A DNA stretch of 58,465 bases, counting the filler, from Basidioascus undulatus (Eukaryota): the NCBI GenBank assembly GCA_000826855.1. It is 7 parts of 7 records of this genome, joined end to end, with 100 filler letters (N's around TTAATTAATTAA, not from the genome) between each part and the next. Parts side by side here need not be neighbours in the genome. Positions count along the whole stretch, not along the records: positions 50,226 to 58,465 come from JTLS01001417.1; 6 more parts are not named here. One strand, given 5' to 3'. A program made the translations under genes and the position numbers. The notes under the pieces are model-generated. The model did no database searches, had not been told where the DNA came from, and was given only the letters and a program-made list of their open reading frames with translations. Each line of letters opens with the position of its first letter. Positions within the stretch are counted from its first letter, which is position 1. Positions 50,682 to 58,465 of this stretch are shown in pieces.

Positions 50682-51478
50682 TGATATGGCGCAGCGCTTC
50701 ACACCAAGGGCGGGGTCTGGTACATAGCAAAAGAAAGGGGAACGGCGTTGGTGAGTACCCAGCAGTCAGCTCTTTCGGAGTGGGATACTTATTTTAAGGT
50801 GGAAAAAATCCACCGCAGCACATCCTGACTCTGAAGCCCTACTCAAACGGCAGCTGCAACGATGGTGAAAAGGGCGTTCATCATTCAGGCCGGCGAGTAT
50901 GCTTTCATGCTCCCATCGTTCTTGAGTCTTTCGGGGCCAGGCTGGGTTGTTTCCTGGGATGTCTGGAGCAATAGGAGAAGATAAAGAGATGATAAAGTCT
51001 TGCAAATATGCAAGTCTGTAGCAGTGGGGTCTGGTCACTGCGCCAGGTCATCAGCAAGTGGGCTGCCGGTCTGAAGAGTGATGGGTGGCTGTCTGACATC
51101 TGTGACTATGCGCCCCAGATACCATACAGCACCGAGTGCAGGTTACACGCGGCTGGAAGTGAAGAGCGCTCCATCAAGGGGGACTGAAACCCCACAGCAG
51201 GCCACCTTCTCGCTTCCGATTTGAACGACATCATGTAACCATTCAAGATATCTCAGCTTCAACGCGACTCAAGCTCGCTCTTTCCGCTTTGCTTCGGCGA
51301 TGTATGCCGTCCTTTGGACTTGATGTACCAGTAAAAGTACATACACATATCAGGAAGATTTTACTTCTACAAGCTCCAAGCAAGACTGTCGTGGCAAAAC
51401 ACAAGGCGAATCCCACAGCTGCCGTCTCCCTACGCACGGCCTCATCCCTCCAGCTGCTCCCCATAGCATCACACAAGC

Positions 51479-51483
51479 AAAAA
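51479..51483 (-). terminator. RNA polymerase III terminator (T5)
   Basis: TTTTT on the minus strand, 5 nt after tRNA position 37. Confidence 0.7.
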
Positions 51484-51488
51484 GACAG

Positions 51489-51572
51489 TACGAGTGGCGC
51501 GCTCTACCACTGAGCTAAGGGGGCATCTGAAATGAATGCCCTCTGGCTGGATTGAACAACCGACCTCACCAT
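51489..51572 (-). tRNA. tRNA-Thr(CGU) with halves in permuted order (3' half 51572-51537, spacer, 5' half 51524-51489)
   Basis: 5' half GCCCCCT TA GCTC AGTGGTA GAGC G CGCCA CT CGT A; 3' half A TGGTG AGGTC GGTTG TTCAATC CAGCC AGAGGGC A. Joined, they give a 72-nt cloverleaf with U8, A14, G15:C48, G18G19, U33, G53-UUC-A58-C61 and one C5.A68 mismatch. Confidence 0.85.
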
Positions 51573-51579
51573 TTCGCTG

Positions 51580-51590
51580 CCGAACGACCA
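51580..51590 (-). promoter_or_regulatory. A-box-like element in the leader of the permuted tRNA
   Basis: TGGTCGTTCGG fits TRGYNNANNGG except at the central A, and lies upstream of the B box GTTCAATCC (51557-51549). Confidence 0.5.
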
Positions 51591-52903
51591 AGAAGTGGCT
51601 GCCGGTGACAACAGATGAACACATTCTGTGAAGGCCGCGTGCACAGATACAGCAAAGTGGCACATCGCATCCTATTTTCCAGGGGACGGGAAAGTTTATA
51701 TTATATGTTCACAAAGAGCTGCTGTCTCAGCGAAATGTACGACAAACAGCCAAACATGGCCACGGAGCAGTGGCGCACATGCCACTTGGCCCAGTTCTTT
51801 AAGGACGCTTTCACTCCGTATCACGGCAGTGACTTGATGATAGACTCTAGTACAAATGACTGGTCCAACGCAACCTGACACTCCAAGAGCAGAGCTCGAC
51901 TGACTCCCGCATGAGCATATATAGCACTTCATGAGAAATAACACCATACTTACCCGTGTACAAAAAATCTATAATGAATAAGCTTTCTTCAGCTAGGCAT
52001 GGGTGGGAGGTGTATTATAGAAAGGCATTGGCATCAAGCAAAATCTGGGCTCAAAGGGGAGCAGGGCTGGCTTCGCGGCCCAGAAATTGTTAGATCCTTC
52101 GGCGAATGGATGTGCAACGACTGGAGGAGAAAAATAACAGGTTTAAAGGCCAACAAAAGGACTTTTGGTTCTACTGCGCCTTCTTCAGTGGGCACAGGTC
52201 ACACAGCGACAGGCAGCCTACAGCCAAGCAGGGCTTTCAGCGGATGGCCATGTCAAGACACCACCCAATCCCACGCGAAGGGTATCTAACCGCCCGAATA
52301 TTCGGAAGAGCCCCTGCTGAGGAAGAACAGGAAGGTAATCCGGTGACAGCTTTGTTTGCAGCCGCACTGACCTTGTGGCGTGGCCGCATTCAGTTTGCTT
52401 CAGGGCGAAATAAGGAGCAGCAAATGTTATCTCAGGCTACTCAAAGTTGTGAGCGAGTGTTGATATGCTCAGTTACGAATACAGCGAGGGGACGCTGCTC
52501 GGAGAGAGTGCGCGACAGCGAGTATCCCAAGATGTGTTTCCAAGCAAATTTAAAAGCACGTCTGACCCGAGATCAAGCCAACCTGCCACACAGTGCTTGT
52601 CAGACCCGGGACCATCACTTATTTGAGCTTTGGGTATTATTTAATAAAGACCAGAAGGAAAACCTTGGTGTCCGGTCTTCAGGGCCACGGCGGCCGTAGC
52701 CTGACATCTCCATCGCTAGGTTCCTCCGCTCAACGCCAGCGCTCGAGTCTTCCGCTGTCACTATTACAGTTTCCCTCAAAGAGGACGATGATAGCCTGTT
52801 ATCCCCTGAAGACGAAGTAAAGGGCAGCTTGGGAGCGCACCAGCGGGCTCTTGAAGGCCGTACACACTTTGGCCTTTGGCCCGCGTGCATACGGTCCTCA
52901 GCA

Positions 52904-53497
52904 ATGCGCTCACTCTTCAGCTTATTCCTTCTCTTCAGCGCCGGGGCATGTTATCTGTGCTTCGTACATTCCCTCTACGACCCTCTGGGAGCTGCGCCCG
53001 ACAATCTCGCTCTCTCTGACCAGCCCGTGAGCAACGCTGAACGATTTGCGTTGGGGCTTCCGCCGCTTCCGCAAGGCCGGTCGTTTGAGCACAAAGAGTG
53101 CACGCCCCCTTTCCATCAGTTGATGTAATTACGTCCTTGCGAGTATGTCCTCATATTCATCTGAACACCAACCCTTGGCAGTCGTACGTCACTCTGTTCC
53201 TTCTAGAGTTCCCTCGCTCCCATGAGTGCCAACAGTAGACTTACTGGTCAACCACACTCTCCTCAAAGTGCCTTTATTCCCAGTTCAATTATAGACACTT
53301 TCGGCAATGTCGCTGTTTACAAGGGCAGCTTTATCGGCGAGTTGGTGGGGTACCTCAGCCTTACGAGTTCATTGCCCCCTCCGCTCAACCAGATCTCACA
53401 GCAGATCACGGACACGACGGCCATCCTGCAAGACCAGGAGGCTGTTGCGACAACTCCAAGCGCGGGGGAAAGCGTAAGACACTCTGAGCATGGCTGA
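52904..53497 (+). CDS. Putative secreted protein with NAERFxxGLPPLP motif (3' structure unresolved, possibly decayed)
   Basis: Signal-peptide-like MRSLFSLFLLFSAGA, then VSNAERFALGLPPLP, a motif I recognise from basidiomycete secreted proteins. Confidence 0.55.
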
Positions 53498-55739
53498 CGA
53501 CCACATTTTTGGGAGGTTTGACAGTTGTTCGTACCGTTTCCAGCCCGGGGGATAGGAGAAGACTCCGAACAGCGACAAGGATGCGGTCACGGTGGGTTGC
53601 CGTTCTCGCTGCCCACTTCGAAAGACCGTCTCTGACCTCGCGCACGTAGACATCTTGAAGCGAAAAAGATAAGTTCTGGCTTACCGATCCCAGGTAACAA
53701 GGCCCACACGCTAACTCGCCGTCAAACACATCGGCTACTGGAGCCGAAGGGTCTTCCACGTTGGATCATTGCAAGGGAAGTGCCTTTCCTCAAAGACTTT
53801 CTGGGTCCCAATTTTAACGTTGAAGTCAAAGAGTAAACCGACATCTGGCGTGCCCCTCTCGGCGCCGTAGGCGTCAGGGACTCAGTTTGGGTGGTTGGGT
53901 TCTGGTACCGGAGCCTCTCCTCTTTTCTCAAAAGTTTACAGGTTACTCTCGCCCCGTTCAGGTCTACAGAACGAGTAGAAAATACTGTGCCAAGCCGTTC
54001 GCAAGATGTCCAACGTACATTGCGCCTTAAACAGTCAAGTCACCCGCATCCAACCACCCTATTGTTCACCCCATCCTCCCACTTCATGCTCAGCTGCATC
54101 GAAAACCAGGAACCCAGTACCCGTTCTCCCCATTCCAGCGTAGCCCACGGAGTCTGCCCTTGGCAACGAGCTGGCCCCTATTCCAGCCGTGGCTGCCTGT
54201 CGGGAGCACTCGGCGATGACTGCGTGTGTTCAAGAACATGTTCCTCCCATTCCTTCGGGGATAGATAGAATGAGCCCCAGTAATACGGCTCATGAAATAT
54301 ACCACTCATGGGAAGACAACTGTATGCACCAGATACTGGGTATCGGAAATGACCACCAAAGGCCTTCATCAGAGAGGGAGCTTCGTGGTAACTCGCAGGG
54401 CGATACACCTACCATGGCCCAGTACACTTTTCAAACAAGATCTGCTGCTTCTGCGCGCTTGAAGATCCCGCCCGGCCTCGGATACCCCGCAGAGGTGGAG
54501 CTCTCTAACCAATGGCCGTCGGGGTGAGGGAGCCTCTGTGCGGTCAAGGGCATGGTAGAGTTCAGCCCACTTCTCTGTTGTGTGGGTGGGGACATCAATC
54601 AATTACCGCCGAAATAACGATAGCTTCTCCAGACGGAGATGACGACATCGTCCTCTCCCAGCAGGTGATACAGGTCGCGCTCCCACTACAAGAGGTCAAT
54701 CCCGCGCTGGAGCTGGCCGTGGGCACCCGCGGCGAACGGGGGGATAGAAGCAGTCGAAAGTGATGGGCGACTTTCTGATGGAGTGGGACATTTCTGATTT
54801 CAGGATGGCAAGGATGGTGGTGGGGTGGAAGGAAGAACCTGCAAGCGGTCGCTGTCCGCCAACGGGGCGGAAACGCGGCAACGAGACATCGTTTGACTGA
54901 CGCTTGAAGTGTTTGAAGGGGAACCAGCTAATTTTCTCTAGTTGGGGGGACGGGTTGATTGGCATTTCCAGGCGTGTGACGCACGGCCGCTGGGTGCACC
55001 GTAGGCTGTCGCTGCAAAATTGGACCTGGAGTGACATGCATTCCAGGGTGTTCATCGTGTTGTTTTAGTGTCAAAATGCTCCTCATGAAAATTTGGGGAA
55101 TTCTTGTTCACGGAAGGCTGTATTTGCCTCTCGCTATCTTCGTTTCTGTGTCGTACATATCCTCCGGCTGGTTCGAAACGGCTTCCAATGCTGCCAGCTG
55201 AGTAGTCGCTCTCAAAGCTCCCACTCTGCCCTATCTTGTGGGATCTAAAAGAGGTACTGAACTGGTGTGATAGAAATTATTTGGGTTCACTTCGGTTTGC
55301 ACCCCTGGCATTTGCGACTTGCATGCATCTTTTGTGCACAGATGCGACTCGCCTGTTCAGGCCTGTCCCACCCCTTAGCAGGCGTCTATCCCACTTCCAA
55401 ATTTCATTCACATTCTGAAGTTTTGAGTACAAAGTCTCTTGGGACTATGAACGGTCACAGTCGCTTATCGAAGATCACCCCATATCGGAGTCGCCCTACT
55501 AGAAATATCCCGCTGCCGCGGGCAACCCACAGCAGTTCCGCACTTCGTTTCCGGCTGACGCTGCTCGCCATGTTAGAATCAGTACTCGTAAGAGAAGCCC
55601 TCTTGCCCTTCTTTCTTGCCCCCCGACCCACTACAACCTCTTCCAGAAACAACCTAACAGCCTTACAGCATGAGGTTCGCCCGCATCCTCTTCGAGCAGG
55701 CGAACGGCAGCTTACCCGTACCAATGAATTTTACAGTAC

Positions 55740-56309
55740 TCAATCCAACATCGAAACCGACCCCAACGCCTCTTTCCTCGCCAACACCTACCTCTCGCAG
55801 CTCTCCGCTCTTCCCCTCTTCGAGCAGAAGGCCCTCTCTTCGCAGCTTGCTGCTCGCATCACCGCAGCCGAGGAGATCAACAGACTGCACGAGCACTTCC
55901 AGGGCTGCAGGCCAAGGTCCGTGCGCTCAAGCATCACGTCGACTTCCGCACCGACATACGTCTCCAGCACTTCTGGACCAACCGCGGCGAGCGGTGGCAC
56001 GCCGAGTATGAGGTCATGGTCGGCGTCCAGGAAGGGTCGGCGGCAATCTCCAAGTCTCTGTCCCTCGACATCGAGTACTAATCGGTGGAGGGACGGTACC
56101 TTACCGGTGCGCTGGGGGAGGACTGGGTGCGGATCAAAGGCGGGTATGGAGAGATGGCGGCGGAGCTGCGCACGTTCTCGTACAGCGACCCAGGGAGGAC
56201 CTACCATGACTGGGACGAAGGCGGCCTGCGCCGTCTGTTCGTTCAGCTCGCGGAGGACATCGGCCTCGTCGCGGCGGGCGCGATCCCGGACGTCGAAGTG
56301 AGCGGATGA
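55740..56309 (+). pseudogene. Hypothetical protein, disrupted
   Basis: GC-rich protein-like frame changes near 55905 (continues KVRALKHHVDFRTDIRLQHFW..) and has an in-frame TAA at 56079-56081 before ORF 56085..56309. Confidence 0.5.
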
Positions 56310-56766
56310 AGCTACGAGCAGAGTGAATCAGAAGTGGATGCTGGGGACGGAGAGGCCGGCCCTGTCGCTCCGGAACTCGAGCAGCTCATCCGTGCTTTCC
56401 TCGGCGACAGTTTGGCAAATCGTGAGGCCGAGGCGAGGAGACACCGCGCATCCTGGAGGTGATCGTGCGCAGGATCCATGATGTCGAGCAGTATTGAGAG
56501 AGCGTGTGGTTTGGTTCATGAACCCATGCATATCGCCTTGCGTCGGTCATTGAACGATTGGCACTGTGGGCGTCTTTCTGAACACGCACTTCTGACCGCC
56601 GTGGGAACCTTGGAAATGAGTAACCATTGAAAAATGAAGACCGAGGTCGCAACTCAATGTCCAGTGAGCACAAGCCGCGAAACCCAAGCAATCCAGTCAA
56701 CAGCAAGACAGTCTGTGAAAACCCGACGCCGCGAAGGGCACAAGACGAGGGTGCTGCATCAACCAC

Positions 56767-58403
56767 TCACGACTGCCGGACATACAGCTCCTTGAGCTTG
56801 CCCAGCGCCGCCTGCACACCGCCCAAACCCCAACCTCGTCAGGCAAATCTTGTTGAACAAATAGGAAAAAGCGCACCTCGTAAGTCTCCATAAGCCCCTC
56901 CGTCTCCTTCTCCTGCACGTTGACTTTCTTGACGCGCTGCGCGTGCCCAGCGTCCGCGAGCATCTTCTTGAAGTATCGAGCCTGCTCGCACATTCACCAA
57001 GATCAGCAGGTGTCTCTCGGAGATCCGAGGAAGACTGGCTGAAAGGAAGGGAGAGAAGACGGACCTCCTGCTCCTCGACAAGCGACCACGCGCTTCCCTC
57101 GCGGCCCGCGCGCGCAGTCCGGCCCACGCGGTGCACGTACTTGCGCATGTCGACGGGAACGTCGTACGAGACGACGTGCGCGACGGAGGCGATGTCGATA
57201 CCGCGGGCGATGAGGTCGGAGCACACCAGGCTGAGCGCCCATCCCCGACAGAAGTGTCAGTGCAAATCCTGTTCCTGGGAGGAGGAGCCCAGACGCACAC
57301 GTCGATTTCCCCCGCCCTGAAAGCCGCGAGCATCCTTGTCCTGTCCGCGGGGCTGAGGTCGGACGTGTATGCCTTGACGACGATCTTCTTCTCCTGCGTC
57401 TTGCTCTTGCTCTTTTTGGAGGGGTGGTGGAGGTCCTCGAAGAAGTTGACAAGGTGCACGAGGCGCGTGACGCTCTCGACAGACTTGGTGAAGCAGAGCG
57501 CGTTGGAGACGCCCACGGTATGGAGGAGATGGAGCAGCACGAGCGGCTTGAGCGTCGAGGGGGAGACGATCATGTGTTCCTGGAAGGGCAGCGGAAGAGG
57601 CTCAGCATGCCAGTTCGCAGGGAAGGGGTGGGGGGAAGGGGGGACCTTGAGCGTGGAGGGCACCGCGAACTCTTCCGCGACTGCGGCGCCTGAGCGCGGG
57701 GCGCGTACGGAAATGAACCGCGGCGAGTAGAGCTGGAGCGCGGCGATCTTGGCAGGGTCCTTGGTGAGCGTGGCGGAAAAGAGGAGTTTCTGGACCTGCA
57801 TCCTCGAGGCGGATGATCAGCGCTCGGAGTTATGGAAAGGAAAAGGCAGGCAGCTCGGAACGCACAGTCTGTGGGAGAGCACGGTGCAGGTCGGACGTGG
57901 GTGCGCCGAGCGTGGCGTGCAGCTCGGAGGGGGCGAGGGCGTCGTGCACGGGGAGTGCGAATAACGATACAGCGGAGGAGGAGGATTGGGGCTGGGGTCC
58001 GTGGGCGGAAATGGAGGAGAGGACGTTGGGCAGCCACTCTTGGAAGGACTGGTTCAGGAGGCGGTCGGCTTCGTCTATGATCTGAAAGAACAAGAGGGTG
58101 CATTTAGATGTCGTTCAGACGGAGTAGGACAGCGGCGCTGAAGGGCACGAACGAGGAATCGCAGATGTTGGAGAGAGAAGTTGGGCGTCGAGTTCAGGTG
58201 GTCCATCAGCCGTCCGGGGGTGGCGATGAGGATGTCGACCTTGGAGGAACCACCGAGTAACCTGTACACAGAATGGGCGAGATCCTTTAGAAAGCCTCAT
58301 CATCGCGGGGTCGTCTGAGAGCCTCAACGTACGGAGAAGAGAGGTCCGCCACAAGTCTCGACTGCTCAGTCGTGAACGAGTGCTGGCCCGTCGCGACGCC
58401 GAT
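56767..58403 (-). CDS. DBP6: DEAD-box RNA helicase Dbp6/DDX51 (5' part off window)
   Basis: [97 protein letters not shown]; stop TGA at 56767-56769. Confidence 0.93.
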
Positions 58404-58465
58404 CTGCCCTTTCCAAACCCCATCAATGCCCGCCCGCTCCACCCCCGAGCTCTCCCACTACCCAA

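Noticed and set aside
51200..51700. Two ordinary long-intron tRNA genes in tandem as an explanation for the swapped halves
   Set aside because: I found no recognisable 5' half upstream or 3' half downstream. The only T-loop-like site (GTTCAAATC near 51218-51226) lacks a proper stem and acceptor strand, and a T5 terminator follows the anticodon. Not fully excluded without a covariance-model search.

Overview
This window is not one locus. It is seven unrelated contigs of about 8.2-8.3 kb, in descending size order, joined by artificial 100-nt spacers (N44-TTAATTAATTAA-N44). The DNA is mostly from an intron-rich, GC-rich basidiomycete fungus; GTGCGT/GTCCGT donors and CTGAC branch points suggest a Pucciniomycotina-like yeast (inference). 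Apparently intact core genes, some cut by contig ends, are guanylate kinase, SLA1, a BEM2-like RasGEF-PH-RhoGAP, COQ4, SPF30/SMNDC1, an ABCC transporter, a DH-domain RhoGEF and DBP6. Between them lie many disabled accessory genes: a Zn2Cys6-type transcription factor, two F-box-like genes, a phenol 2-monooxygenase and an HNH_2 nuclease. The best finding is an apparent circularly permuted tRNA-Thr(CGU) gene at 51489-51572 (minus strand). Its 3' half lies upstream of its 5' half across a 12-nt spacer, with a Pol III T5 terminator just after the anticodon, an A-box-like leader, and leader/trailer pairing around the 37/38 break. To my knowledge this arrangement is known from red and green algae, a nucleomorph and an archaeon, but not from fungi. 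Also notable: a bacterial pyrB fused mid-gene to the fungal RhoGAP (probably an amplification or assembly chimera), a degenerate riboflavin-synthase-like gene, and long structured introns in SPF30. All family assignments come from motif recognition, not database searches.
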